Of a stretch of 64,000 nucleotides of DNA, positions 36,581 through 50,100 are shown in pieces. Position numbers and translations under genes: made by a program. The stretch is from positions 60,946,001-61,010,000 of the forward strand of contig CM060731.1 of assembly GCA_030704615.1 (NCBI GenBank). The letters are read 5' to 3'. The stretch comes from Takakia lepidozioides (Eukaryota; Plantae; Bryophyta). Positions within the stretch are counted from its first letter, which is position 1. Each line of letters starts with the position of its first letter. Under the pieces are notes generated by a model. The model had not been told where the DNA came from. It did no database searches and saw only the letters and a list, made by a program, of their open reading frames with translations.

Positions 36581-38039
36581 AACCCTTTAAGAATCAGGCT
36601 GGCGGACCCAAAAGGACCAGACCTACAACGGATACGGTTCCAGACCCAAGGACCAGACCAACGGAGCAGGCCAATGGAGCGGACGAACGGCAGCCACATC
36701 TAACCCAACAGACCCATGAAGCAGACCCATACAACCTTTTTGCTGCAGACCCATAGACTTGATGTGTTCAGAGCATCGCAAGTAGACCAACGACACTTAC
36801 TTTTGTTTGTTACGCAGCTCCGCAACTTCGCTCTCCACTTCCAAGCAGACCTTCCGGTCAGCACTCATGTATACTCCGGACTTCGATTTTTTTGCAACGC
36901 CTTTTGGGGGGGAAATTATTTTTACCCTAGGGTCTGCCACGCCATCTGGTATGCGCTTCTTCCCAGCTCAATTTGGTGAAGCAGGTTCCTCCAACTTCTT
37001 TTCCAATGCAACAGCCGCCTCCTTCATACCCTCCCGGAGCTGGCTAGCTCGGCTTCGCAACAAAATTTTGTCCTGGGGTTTATTAACACTTTGTGGTCTC
37101 GTTCTAGACGCTTCCTACACTCCATGGGTTGAACTGGCCCCTACGGTGGGGGTTATCACTACAGGTACACCCTTTGTGCTTGACCGCATGTTGAGCACCT
37201 GCGACGGACCACGAGCTGAGACCTCAGACGCCACAAGCTTCACACGAATATCAGACAACAAAACATCAGCAATGATCACCCAAATGCACTGGGGAAAAAA
37301 AATTGACTGCAAAAATGCAATGGAATCAGACCTTTGTGGGCGCTGTGGGTGTCTGCAATTGCACCACTCCTGTGGCAGGTACATCTTCGACTACAGTGAC
37401 TGGTTCCACAGAATGAGAAGGGACACAAACATGTGCATGTGTTTCGACAAGGTCTGATGAATGGTCTGCTATGGGGTCGAACATGCGGAGCACCCTATCA
37501 ACGGATTGGTCTATTGCCAGTAGTGGGCCTACAGACGAGTCGGGGTCCACAAAAGTAAGCGGCAAAATGGCCAAAGACGCATCCTCATCTGCAGTAGACC
37601 CTACCTCTAACAGATGGGGAAGGTCACCGACCAAACTGTCACAATCATAGTCCATTGTTGCAATTGCAGAATTGGTCTGTACTATGGATAAATGAGCACT
37701 GACGCCTTCCCGGTTCTGTTCAGGTAGTGTTGTGTCAGAAGGTCTGGTGGCAAGGGTAAGGTCCACTACCATTCTCTGCTTCTCAGCAGATGTTGCAGTG
37801 GGGTGGAAAGGAATTGCTCTTCTCATTTTCGACAACTCATATGTGCCAGGGAGGATGGGCGTTGCTTCCTGGGTTATCGCCAGGTCTCCAAATGGTCTAA
37901 TGTCCTGCACTGGCAAGGTTTGCTGATGTTGGAATGGTGAGGTGTCGGCGTCCATACCTGCGTCACGATCCACTTCTGCGGTGCATTTGTCAAGCAATGT
38001 ACCGCCAGGGTGTCCTCCGACAAGGTCTGATCTTCTCTC

Positions 38040-38345
38040 CTCTGCTCCAGCAAGGTCTGATCAGGTCTGCACTGGTCGGGAAATGTCTGCTCTGAGACGG
38101 TCTGGTGTGGTCTGGTGTGGTTTGGTATCCTCTGGTCTTTTGGGGTATGGTCTATTGTGCACTCGGATCGTCTGGAGTCCTGCGCTATGGTCTGGTCTGT
38201 TGTGGTCTGGTCTTTTGTGGTCTGCTCTTGTCTTGTCTAGTGTGGGGTGGTCTGGTCTGATTTGGTGTGGTCTGGTCGTGTCTGGTCTTGTTGGGTCTGT
38301 TGTGGTGTGCTCTGGCCTGTACTGGTCTGCTCAGGTATGATTTCC
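38040..38345. repeat. Degenerate (TGGTC)n low-complexity tandem repeat
   Basis: Run of TGGTCTGG/TGTGGTCTG units. Confidence 0.85.
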
Positions 38346-38942
38346 ACTGCAGCGGTCTGCTTCGTCAAGGTGATGGGTGCCCGCTGATCTGGAAAGGTCT
38401 GCCCATGTCCGATCTGGAAGTTGTTATCTACAAAGGTCTACATAACCAAGGTCTCCCCGGTAATTTCGGGTAAGGTGTGCAATGCCTCCACGAAAGTTTG
38501 TTTTGACAACGAAAAGTTTTTGTCACCCACATTCTCTGGGTTGGGATCACTGGCAATTCAGTCGGGGGTCTGCTGTTCCTTGTTCTCCGTAATCCAGTCG
38601 GGGGTCTGCTGGTTGGCATGTTGGTACTTGGGATTTGGCTGGGAAGGGTATGCTTGCTCCACAGTCTGCTCGTTGCGGGTCTCCTGGGTCTCCATGGGAG
38701 TTGGGCACTGTGTGTCTGCTGTTGTACGAACTCCAATGAGCCTACACTTAACGGGTGACTCGACTCCAGTATGGCCACGGAGGGCTCGTAGAAACTGCCT
38801 TGCGCCATTGGCGTAGTGGTCAAGAGCATTCCGAACAAGCTCGTCCTCTGGATCATACTCTGCAACATGTCACAAAACACGTCAAAAACAAAGCACTCAT
38901 CCCTGGTCTGCTAACAAACGGAAGAATACATGGGGGTTTGAT

Positions 38943-40184
38943 TCACATGGGGCTCTGTCGGTTGTCATGGTTCATAAAGTCTGCTAGAAGGTCCTCGTTC
39001 GTGATCAATGTCAAGGTCTGTTTAAAAGGTCTGTTCAAAATGTCTGTGTAAAAGGTCTGTTTAAAAGGTCGGTGTAAAAGGTCGGTGTAAAAGGTCGGTG
39101 TAAAAGGTCTGTTAACAAGGTCTGTTAGGTCTGATGACATACCATGATCTAGGACTGTGGTCCACAGCCCAATATCTTTCATAAGCCGATCCATGAAGGC
39201 CTCGTCAAGCTCTCCTAGAGCTGCAACACGGTCCTCTGCTGGAAACCCGCTCCAGAGTACTTGGAAAGCATGTCGTTTGTTGAATGCAATGTCAAAAACC
39301 GCACGCTCCTGCACAGTCACAAACCACATCATGGCGTCTTGCGTGATACTTTCCCGAGCCTCTTCGCTTCCGTGCAGCAGGTCCATCCGCAGGTTGTGAA
39401 GGTCTTTTTTTAATTTGGTGTAAGACCTGAAATTGCCAAATTGCATCCATTGACGGCGGAGGAAACGATCTGCCATCTCCTCAAAAGCAGTCTCTGTCAA
39501 GCTCGTTAAGTGCTTCGGACGAACACCAAATATTGGGTGGGCGATGGCCATGTGCCTTATCTCCAGTGGGCGTGGGTCGTGCATGAGAAAGAGCTGCGCA
39601 ATAAGCGGTGGCTCGGTCTCCTCTGCCAGAAGTGCCACTCCATACTCACGGGCTTTGTCCAAAACACGAGTCGCCTCCTCCGCCGTGAACTCCATTGAGG
39701 AGTGTTGCGGAGCAAAGGTCCACCGGGAGGCGACGATGCGGTGAAGTTCATTGTACCAGTCCAAATGCGGATTGTTTTCCCCACAACGAAAATTCGGAAG
39801 AGTGGGGTTTTCCTCATCAGTTGCAGACCGCTGTGGAGGACGCCATGGTCTGTGAAATGGGAAAACAGTTCGACCACGCAATGTGGTCTGCTGAGGGACT
39901 GCTGACGAGGTACGAAGGTCCGCTGGAGGACGGGTCACGGAAGGAAGGTCCACTGAGCCGGGTCTGCTAGTCTGACCGACGCTGTCAAAAGACTTTACAG
40001 TAGACGGAGGGAGGCCTGCTGCGCGGCCAGTGGTACCATCCTGAATTGATGCAATGGCATCAGCCGACTGTGGATACAGACTCAGGATGTAGTCACGAAT
40101 ATCACGGACCTCATTCTGGACAAGTGTATTTTCCAAGGGAGGACCATTCAACCTGTACTTCCATATTTGCAAAGCCCTGTACAT
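38943..40184 (-). CDS. Orphan 413-aa ORF of unknown function, probably MULE-associated and possibly 5'-truncated
   Basis: Long stop-free frame with a globular-looking C-terminal part, on the same strand and upstream of the Ulp1 exons. No recognised motif. Confidence 0.5.
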   Translation of the reverse strand: MYRALQIWKYRLNGPPLENTLVQNEVRDIRDYILSLYPQSADAIASIQDGTTGRAAGLPPSTVKSFDSVGQTSRPGSVDLPSVTRPPADLRTSSAVPQQTTLRGRTVFPFHRPWRPPQRSATDEENPTLPNFRCGENNPHLDWYNELHRIVASRWTFAPQHSSMEFTAEEATRVLDKAREYGVALLAEETEPPLIAQLFLMHDPRPLEIRHMAIAHPIFGVRPKHLTSLTETAFEEMADRFLRRQWMQFGNFRSYTKLKKDLHNLRMDLLHGSEEARESITQDAMMWFVTVQERAVFDIAFNKRHAFQVLWSGFPAEDRVAALGELDEAFMDRLMKDIGLWTTVLDHGMSSDLTDLVNRPFTPTFYTDLLHRPFKQTFYTDILNRPFKQTLTLITNEDLLADFMNHDNRQSPM

Positions 40185-40229
40185 ATTCTTGCCTCCACCT
40201 ACGGAAAGATCTTGGCCTAATGAGAGGGT

Positions 40230-42813
40230 GAAAAACTATGAGGAAGAGAAGCTAAAGCAATGCCTAACCCCAGCATGCCCTCATCCCAACACTCTTCATC
40301 TCCTCTCTTCCCTCACTTGCATGACCATGGGAATATCATGAAGATACTCCTCAAACCGACCTCCACGAGCTTCAAAATTCGGCCTTCAAGACCACATGTC
40401 AGTCCTTAGGCAGTCCACCAGTGCCTCCATGAGTCAGCACAGGCCGTCCACAGGTCAACACGGGCCACCACAGACCAGCACAAGCCCACACAGATCACTG
40501 GTCAGAGCCGTCACAGCCCCACACAGGCCACAGCCCCACAGCCCATCACAGCCCCAAAGGCCACAGGTCACAGCCTATCACAGCCTGTCATAGCCTGTCA
40601 CAGCCCTACACAGGTCACAGCCCCAAAGGCCACATGTCACAGCCGGTCACAGCCCCCAAGGCCACAGGTCACAGCCTGTCACAGCCCATCACAACCCCAA
40701 AGGCCACATGGCACAACCTGTCACAGCCCCTCATAGCCCCAAAAGCCACATGTCACAGCCTGTCACAGCCCCAAAGGCCACAGGTCACAGCCTATCACAG
40801 CCCACAGCCCCAAAGGCCACAGGGCACAGCCTGTCACAACCCTATACAGGTCACAGGGTCACAGCCCCACAGGCCACAGCCTGTCACAGCCCCCAAGGCC
40901 ACAGGTCACAGCCTATCACAGCCCATCACAACCCCAAAGGCCACATGACACAGTTTGTCACAGCCCTACACAGGTCACAGCCCCACAGGCCACAGGGCAC
41001 AGTCTGTCACAGCCCCTCACAGCCCATCACAGCCCCACAAGCCACAGGGCACAGCTTGTCACAGCTTGCCACAACCTGTCACAACCCCTCACAGCCCATC
41101 ACAGCCTGTCACAGCCCGCCACAGCCCCATCCATGGCCACTCATGGCAGTTTAGCCATTTCTCCAAGGGGTTTAGCCACGCCAAGCTAGGATTTGTGTCT
41201 CTTGGACTCTAGGCTTCTTTTCACCGAGCGGCAGCTGTGAGGAAATCAGCAAGGTATTCTTGCTCTTTATGGCCCCCACACACCACCAATAGTAGCTCTA
41301 ATTCCAAATGAAGATGTTTGCAACCGAAACTAAGTGCACAAGGTTCATTTTAACTCACAAAATAACGTCATTGATCCCTATGGCGACTAACCAAACATGG
41401 CTGACTTCCAGCCCTTGTAGGCACTCATTCACGTGCTTTTCTTGACCATAGCATGCCCTTCGCACCTAATCCATCCCCTGCACCTGCTGCTTCAAGAGTT
41501 GTGCACCCTTCAAGCTTGAAGTTGAAACCCCAACTCACATATGCCCTACAAGTACTTTTATTTCACCCCAAGTGGAAACCAGCCCTAGCCCTTCCGTTCT
41601 AGCTCTCTAAAGCTTGAAAACAAGAGCCTCAATGGGCTGAAGGCATGCTCCACACATGCCCCACTCTCACCATAAGAGAATCAGTTCCTTTGCTTCATTT
41701 CTTACACCCACAAACCTGAAAATACAAGCTTCAGCGGGCTGAAAGCATGCTCCACACATGCCCTACAGGAAAACCAACCCCTTCTTTCCTTTCTTGCACT
41801 CCCAAACCTGAAAGTACAAGCCTTCAACAGGCTGAAAGCATGCTCCACACATGCATTGCCCTCATATAAGGGAAGTCAGCCCTTCCCCACTTCCTTGCTT
41901 GCCCTCCAAGCTTGAAGATGGAAGCTTCAATGAGCTGAATACATGCTCCACACATGCAACCCCTTCACACAAGAGGTATCAGCCTCCTATCTTGACTCCT
42001 TGGCTCCTTGATGCTCTCTAAGACAAGACTAAGCACTCCACAGCCTTTGCCAAGCTCCTGAAATCCTAAGGCTTACATTTCCAGCCACAAGACACTCCTC
42101 TTGTGGTGCAAGAGCTCTTCTTCCAAGCTCTGAAACCCTAGGTGCACATTCCATGGCCTTGCCGCACCTCTTAGCTCCTGTTCCAGCCTTGCTCTTGCCA
42201 TGACAAGAGCCATCTCAATGCTGAAGCTCGAGATTGAAACCCAATCTCAACATACTCCACAAAGTGCACTGATTTGCCCCAAGCCAAATCAGCCCTTTCG
42301 CTTGGTCTTGCAATCCTTCACACAATGAAAGCTAACCATCAAGGTGCTCTGGAATTACCTGCAGCATGGCGCTTTCATCTCTGAAGCTGAAGATCGAATG
42401 CCAAGGTCTACCACCTCGTAACCCACATTGCCTCCGCTTCTAACAACCAAGGGCTCCACGGTGCTCCTTGCATAACAACCTGGTTTCTCTCATCCTCAAG
42501 CAAAAACCACAAGTGCTACAAGTAACTCGTATCTGGCACTCACAGATACGAGCTCATCTTTCTCGAGTGATAAAGAAGAAGAATACAAGCACAAGCTCAT
42601 GCGAGCTCACAAAGCTGAAGCATAAACTCATGCATATATAATCTCATCACTCAAATACAAGTCAAGCCAAGTGCACCCCACGCCATGGGGAATCCACACT
42701 ACGGCGCCATAGCTAGGCGCGGTGAGGCTCAACTCGAGAAAGATGAGCCTCCCGCGCTTGCCGTGAAGATAACCACTCCAGGGCCTAAATCTGCCTTGAC
42801 CCCTGGATTGACA
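40230..42813 (+). mobile_element. Probable large LTR fragment with CACAGC-rich tandem repeats (40450-41130) and four ~100-bp repeats (41630-41960)
   Basis: Ends GGATTGACA at 42813; TATA-like site at ~42635; GCTGAA..CATGCTCCACACATG four times. The same CACAGC repeat type lies in the LTR at 46730-46985. No TSD found. Confidence 0.5.
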
Positions 42814-44111
42814 CTAAGGCCAATCCCAAATGTCAATATGTAAAAGTTAGCTATTTCCTAGCTAGTTTCATTCTAGTGGTAAAATAACTTGACACTAGGA
42901 AGCTGCAAATATTTCGCAATTTTACCACATCTGGGAAAGCGGTGCTCTTTTATCTTGGACGAAGCTATTGTTAATCTGTCACAGAGAAGGGTTCTCAGCA
43001 GGGTGGAGGCCAGGGACGCTAAACCGTGAGCGTTGAGCGGTGAGCTCGAAATTGTGAGCCCATAATATAAATTATAAATGATTATGAGCATGGATGGGTC
43101 GTCAAAACATTAAGAAATGGGACATATTTCCACGGATTACTGTATAGCGACCCTATATCCGAGGAAGCCAAAAAATGACAATTCAACAATGACAAAAAGT
43201 GTACTTCAAACTATACCAAAAGACTGGAACAGATGTACAAATGGAACATATCGAGATCATTTGGTTGACACTCACGTAAATACACCAAATTGGTCATAAA
43301 AAGCAATGAATCAAATATCAGAAGAGTCTTCCACTCCTTTCATAGTTTTGAAGGATAAGATTTCTGGTACAATGCCCAGAAAGCACCCCATCGGACTTGA
43401 AGATTTTTCTTTCTATGAACAGAGAATCCACTTCCAAATTGAATCGAAGTTCAACATCTTGTGCCCCGACAATAACAAACCTACCCTCATCCATACCTAA
43501 TACGAATGAAATTGAATTTCCATAAACGTATAAAGATGCATGGTCAGGCATATCACAGGCTATTGCAAGCCAAAGAGGATGCTGGAAACAATGAGAAAGA
43601 GAACAAGACACTATGTGTACAACCTGGAGGGGTATGTACAATATCATGATAACAAACACACCGCCACAGACTCATCAATAGCACTACAAAGGAAGAATAT
43701 TTATGTTGTCATCGTATTTAATTCTTACACATCCCATGTCATCATTCTGTTTTTTATAATAGAATCCAAATAGAAACTCATACCCATATTTTGTAGAATC
43801 AGACATTGGACCAAAATACTAAATATTTATTTGATTTAGTTTTAAAATATCATTTTATCTTATTTCAATAAAAAATTATCTAGGATATTTAACCTGATAT
43901 ATAGATGTAAATATATATACCAATATATAAAATATATATTCAGATTCAAAACTGATATTAATATATATTGCTCCAAAATAAATCTTATTTTTTCTATTAT
44001 GTCATTCACTCATTGTTTATGAAAATTATATTATTTATAAAATAAAATTTGGATTCCAGATTTGGCCCAAAGAAATGATGGAATTTTATTTTATTTTATT
44101 ATAATAAAAAC

Positions 44112-44161
44112 GTGTATGCGCCGGCACATACGAAATATGAGGGCCACTGTCCCCTATTTTG

Positions 44162-44192
<31 letters not shown>

Positions 44193-44252
44193 ACCGTTGT
44201 CTGGTATGCGCCGGCGCATACGAAATATGAGGGCCACTCCCCCCTGTTTTGC
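44112..44252. repeat. ~48-bp direct repeat flanking a (TA)n microsatellite
   Basis: GTATGCGCCGGC(A/G)CATACGAAATATGAGGGCCACT occurs twice around the TA run. Confidence 0.8.
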
Positions 44253-44829
44253 AAGGGAAAAAAAAATAGCCTGAGGAAATTCTTGTCTGAGATTCATTTC
44301 GCCATAAAAACCTATATGTGCATGATTATACCCGAAATGAAGACACTAATGTTTGAGACCCCAGTTTTCTTTAACATGTTCATCCAAAACCCTATGCGCC
44401 TGTTCTACAAGCAGAACATTCTTTCAGGGGCAGTATCGTTTCCACTGGCATACTGGACTCCTATAGCATGAAAAATGTTCCAACTCATTTCATTGAGATG
44501 GTCATGGCCTCCTCCATTGAGCAACATCCTATCTTTGTAGGAGTTGTTTGCAATCATGTCAAGGTACACGGTTGTAGTTAGACCTCTTATGTCACTCAAA
44601 AAACTTCTGCGGGAATATAGGGTTATTCTGTCGTAAGGCTACACGGTTAAAGGTCTTCCAATATTCAATATGTAATCCGCTGGAATATGGGGTTTTCCCA
44701 TTCGTGAGCCTATGCTCACGAATACAAGCTCATAGCTCTCAAGCTCACACATCTAGGCTCACGGAATAGCATTCATGGGCTTACGATCTAGCATTCCCCG
44801 AGTGGAGGCTGGTCACTCAGAATATCCCA

Positions 44830-46080
44830 GATACATGGATTTCCCTTGCTTCCTTACCTTCCAATCGGAGACTTCTTCTTGGCACCTGGTTGGGCAGTAA
44901 TCTGCTAAATTGCAGCACTATGTTCTACGTTTTTTCCATAGCTGGTTCTAAGCTACGTACAGGGTTAGAAATTCAAAGTAAAACCAAGTGGTTTTCTCTA
45001 CTCCCATGTGCTAGATGAAGTGGAAGAAGACCAGTTCGTGGCAATCAAGGTCTTCTGTTTGGCCTCAGGAGAAGTCAACCCTCTTCTTGATAATGGGAGG
45101 CATACCAACCCTTTCCTTATGTGGTTCTTGACATCTCTGATCTCCCTCTTGCAATTTGATCCGGGTGAATGGATGTGGAGAGACAATAGGCATAGTCATT
45201 TCTTTTCATACTCAGTCAAGATGGGCTGTAAACTGCTTAGATCTCCTATGATCTATCTTCATGGATGTGAAATGGTCTTCGAAATGGGTGCACATTGAAG
45301 ACTGCCCATTCTCTTGGTCTAAAATTTGGGGTGACGTTTGGAGAAAAGATATGACTTCTAGGATAAGTGGTTTCATATGGAAGTTGGTTAGTAGAATTTT
45401 GCCTATTTGTGCTCATTTCTCTGATGGTGATGTCAACTGTTGCTCATGCCATTTGCAAGTTCCACAGACAATAGAATATTGTATGTATGCTTGTCCTCTG
45501 GCTGCCAGAGTATGGAACACGGTTCTTTGTTTCTACAAACCTTGGAAGTCCTTGGCTGTGCCCTCTCTTTCCATTATGCTTTTAAATCATTCGTAGGGCC
45601 ATCTGTGGACTGACTGCCCGGTATGGTCAACTATTAGAGCTCACAGCTTGTGGAGCCTTTAGAAGGCTAGACGTGGGCTCTTATTTGAGGGGAAACAGAC
45701 ATGTGTGAGGATGATTCTCTGTAGGGTTCACTCAGACATGTTGTGTGAGGCCAGAAAGGCTTGGCGGGTGATGGGGGAAGCTTTTTGTAGATGTAGCCGC
45801 AGAAGGAGAGATCAACTGCTTAGTCAATTTGACAACTCTTGGGGTAAAGGAGGGATCATCTACACCAGATCTCCGTCCTCAGGAATTCTATGGAAGGACA
45901 CCATCCCACCAGGCTGGGAGCTCAATTAACTCAAGGCAGTTACTTGCTGATGGAGAAGATTCTGAGGTGAACTGGAGGCATCGGCGCTCTCTTAGAAAGA
46001 CTAGATCTAAAACTCAACTGTCTTTTCAAACCTACAAAAGAAAGCGTGGGAGCTATTTAGCTTCTGCCCTTGCCTTTCTT
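44830..46080 (+). mobile_element. 3' fragment of an L1-type LINE ORF2 (zf-RVT region)
   Basis: FDPGEWMW, WSKIWGDVW..SRISGFIWKL..CCSC..QTIEYCMYACP..W; homologous in order to 62580-63400. Confidence 0.8.
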
Positions 46081-46229
46081 TCTTCTGCTCAATTTGGGGG
46101 GCTGTTTGTCGCGCGGCTTTTACTCACCCATCCCTTCGCTATCCGAGGCGGAAACTCCAAGATAGAAGAGTTGGAAATCTCTAAGTACTCAGCCCGCGCA
46201 GAACAATCAGTCATGACCTACAGCTAGTG

Positions 46230-47108
46230 TATCATGGGGGTGTTTCCTATTTGTTTCCCTTTCCGCATTCATCTTAGCTACCTTACCATTGATAATTAAG
46301 TATCAGTTTGCTTCATCGATCTATCGGTTCCCTCCACTAATCCATTCAATCCACAGCTTCACTCAGATCTCTCTACACAGTGTGATTGTATCGTATAAGT
46401 ATCAGATTATGATTTATCAGGTATCAGGCCGAAGCCATTATGTCTCTAATCTGCTCTACAATATCACTCTAGCTTTGCATATGACAAGCATCTACTAATC
46501 CTCTTTTCTCCTTCATCGTGCTCTCCGATCTCCGCTCCCGCCTGACTCCGAAGTCCTCCCCGAATAATGATCCCCTCATCATTCCCCGTTCTTCCCTTTA
46601 TCCTCCTATCCGCGGTTCTAACCGTTTCCCTCTCTAACCGTCGTATGTGAACTAACATGTTCCCTTCACAGGTGTTGTTCCCCACAGTCGTTCCCTGTCC
46701 TACTCTTCGTTCCCTATTATCGTGACAGCTGTGTCAAGCGGTGACTGGCTGTGTTTGGCTGTGTCGGGCTGTGACTGGCTGTGTGGCTGTGCCGGGCTGT
46801 GACTGGCTGTGTGGGTTGTGTCTGCTGTGACGACTGTGACGGGCTGTGTGGGCTGTGTGGGCTGTGACGACTGTGACGGGCTGTGTGGGCTGTGACGGCT
46901 GTGTGGGCTGTGTGGGCTGTGACGACTGTGACGGGCTGTGTTGGCTGTGTGGGCTGTGACTGCTGTGTCGGCTGTGTGGGCTATGTAACCCCCCTCTACA
47001 GTGCGCTGCTGTCACCCCTAAGGTTCCTGTTTGTCTCAGTCTGTGCAAAAATTAAGGGTACCCTACAGATCCCGTATAAGTGTCTAAGTCCCCTACAGTC
47101 CTCTAACA
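46230..47108 (-). repeat. 3' LTR of a minus-strand LTR retrotransposon containing (CACAGC)n repeats; distal end uncertain
   Basis: Minus-strand polypurine tract GAGGGGGGAAGGGG (~47113-47126) is followed by TAAA and TGTTAG starting at 47108. Confidence 0.65.
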
Positions 47109-47147
47109 TTTACCCCTTCCCCCCTCAAAAAGCCGTGTCCTCACGGT

Positions 47148-50100
47148 TTACTGTTTCCGAGTAGCAAACCTTTGTGAGTGAGCACCTTGTTGACGTTGAG
47201 AGTTTCGTGGTGGGCTGTGTGTACGAGCCCGAGGTCTGTCTCTGGTTGATGGAGATGGTTGATCACTACTTGGATAAGTGAGGCCTTCTGGAGGCTGATA
47301 TCGAGGTAATCTTTCCGGCATAGGAGATCCCCTTTGTTTCTTCTCTTCCATCTGAATTGCATAGTCTTCTCCCATGTCAAAAGAATTCTGTGAAGAAACA
47401 GTTGTATCAGAATCCTCATCGCCTCTCAGGTGTTTTAATTTTCGAACTTTTTGTGGAATCATCTTGGGCATACAATGCTGTCCTACCATGTCTGGAAGTT
47501 TGCATTTTACGACCTGGTGTAACCGTTGAACAGCAAAATTGGTGTAGACACTGAGCTCCTTGTCTGTCCAAATGAGTGGGGTACCAATTACTGGTGCAGC
47601 GTGCAAGTATTTCCATGCGATATGTCCCTTATAGAAAATGTCATCAAGTCCGAATTTCTGTGTTGACAAATTGTTGCAGGCTGCTTGAAACCATGAACGA
47701 ATTTGAGAATCCTTCTGTATCATAACTTTTGGGTCATATAGGTACATATGAGGTGGCACCGAAGGTAATACCCAATGATCTCCACTGGAGTAACTTTGAA
47801 AGCGTGCTTGCATCTTTTGTTGCTCAATGTGGTAACGTATCAGAAAACAAGCAGCGTAGTATAGCCCGCACCCCATGACAATACTTGCTATTTCCTTGGT
47901 CTTGGTATAAATGAGTCCATGTACAACCTGGAAAGCAACCAATTCCCTCAACATGGTACCTGCCTCGTGCCAGTATTGTGCAAAGTGATGATCTTCAATA
48001 TGTCGATTGTTTGGAAGAACTTTAGTCCTGGTTGCCACTGGCAGCCAAATACGCATGATTTGGTAGTAATGTGCGAATGACTGCGGAGGACTAAATTCTT
48101 TCCAAGCCAAATCCAACATGATGGGAATTTGGTTGAAGGGCATAATCATAGCCCTACTGTACTCCCTGGCAGCTGGAGTTTTAGGTGGGTTAAAAGCTGC
48201 ATTGCCCCATACCTCCGGCTGTGGTGGCTGTGGTGTGGTTGTAGTAACCACAGGTTCAGCTACTGGTACACTGACCTGTTGTGGTGGTGGTGGTACTGGT
48301 TCCTGTACCATTGGCATCTCCTGCACCTCCTGTGAAGACTGAAAAGCCAGAGTTCTGGCTTGCAAATAAGAAGCCATTAGCTGTTCCTGAGGGATATAGA
48401 CTCTTTGGTCGATGTTTGAAGTGAGGTCTTCCACTTGAGTCTGGAGTCCGTCTACATCCTCTTGTAACTCTGCTATCCTACTATAGACATTGTCTATAGT
48501 AGTTGTGGCAATGTTCTGCACCTGCAGTCTAAGCTCATTCATCTCGCTTTGGGTGAGCTTCCGTGGGCTTTTGCCCTCTACTGGCCCTTGTGCTAACCAG
48601 ACCTGCATAAGGCTGTTATCCACCAAGCTGCTTGTGGTTCCCCTGAGAGTTTGCTCCTCTCTTAGCTTATACAATTCCAACTGCTGTTGTAAAGCCTTCA
48701 TGCGCTTCGCCTGTGGCTCAACCAATTGCGCATAGGCAGCAAGTAGATTATTGGCTTCTTTCGAAGCCTTGTTACTGACCGCGATTTCATTTCTATTGGC
48801 CACAATGGTTGTTGCAACTCCACGATGTATTTCTCTTGCTCAGCTTCCATCTGCCTGTATTGCTTGAAAGTATCTTCATTGCGACAGATTGTATTCTTCA
48901 TATCGACACTGAGCTTCATGTGCTCCACATTCTCTTCTTCTGCCTTCGTACATTTTTCCGCTTGACTGTTTATTTCTTTTGTTGATTGGTCAAGCATAGT
49001 TGTAAATGTAGCGCATTGTATCGCCATCCTGTTATGCACTGTCTGCAACTCCGTATGTAGTGCATTCAGTTCTTGCAACTTGCTTTCATGCTGCACCTGC
49101 ATTTGGTATAGCTGTTGCTTATGTGCTTCGTGCAACTGGTCTTGCGCGAGGCCTGCCTCAATCAATTGTTGCTTGGCCAATTGCAAAGCCATTTCTGTAT
49201 TGGCCAAGTCCTGCTTCATCTTGAGAGTGACCTCTTCATCGACCTTGTTTGCACACTCAGTGGCAAGTCGAGCCTCAAACTCCTTCCTGAGTTCTTCTTT
49301 CAAGGCTGTCAATTGGGTAATTGGAACATGGGTTTTGACATAAGTCCCCAACAAATTAAGTGTCCTGCCTATGGAACTCATCAGCATTGCCTGTTGAGGG
49401 TCATCATGGTGAGGTTGCTGCTGTTCCTCCTGATCTTCAACAGTATGATGTCTCACTAACCATTCAGACCATTGTCCCACCGGATTTTCTTCCTGAACTA
49501 CTTTATTTATGACCGGTGCTACAGTGTCATGGCCTTCCGCCTGTGGTACCTCCGACACAGGTGTGTGCATTATATGTACCTCAGGATTTCTCTTGGGCAA
49601 CTGTTGCACCTCTGGGATTTCTGTCTGCTTGACCAGACCAGAATATTCATAGAGAAGGTCCCCTTTCTCTATTTCTGCCACTATCTGTTCTGTAGTTGGA
49701 ATATCTATCCCTTCACTTTCCAAATCAATTATTCGGGTTGAGCTGCATGGATAACTTGTGACCTTGTGACAAGTCGTTCAAGTGGCTGTGTTGGTTGTGA
49801 TGCAGAAGTAACTTTCTATCTCCCTCTCTGAAGGTCCTGCTTCCAGTAATAACATTCTTTTGTGCTGCTGTGCCCCTTCCTGGTCATGAGCTTGGGAAAC
49901 ATTATCATGCGGAATCCGTGAAGCCAGTGGATCTGCCACTACAGTCTTTCCCCTTCTCTGCCTCTTAGTCTCGGGTTGTGCTGCTAGTCCACCCTCACTG
50001 TGTGAAGAGCCTTGGTCTTCCATTGCAGTTGTTTCTGGCTCAAACACTCCCATTTCCTTCCTTTCTTGTGCATTAAGTATGCGAGAATCAAGGATTATTT

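Noticed and set aside
40397-42813. Intact solo LTR with TGTCAGTCC/GGATTGACA ends
   Set aside because: The flanks CCACA and CTAAG do not form a TSD, so the left boundary is unsupported.
43080-44800. Short ORFs as genes
   Set aside because: No recognisable domain. Probably decayed transposon sequence.
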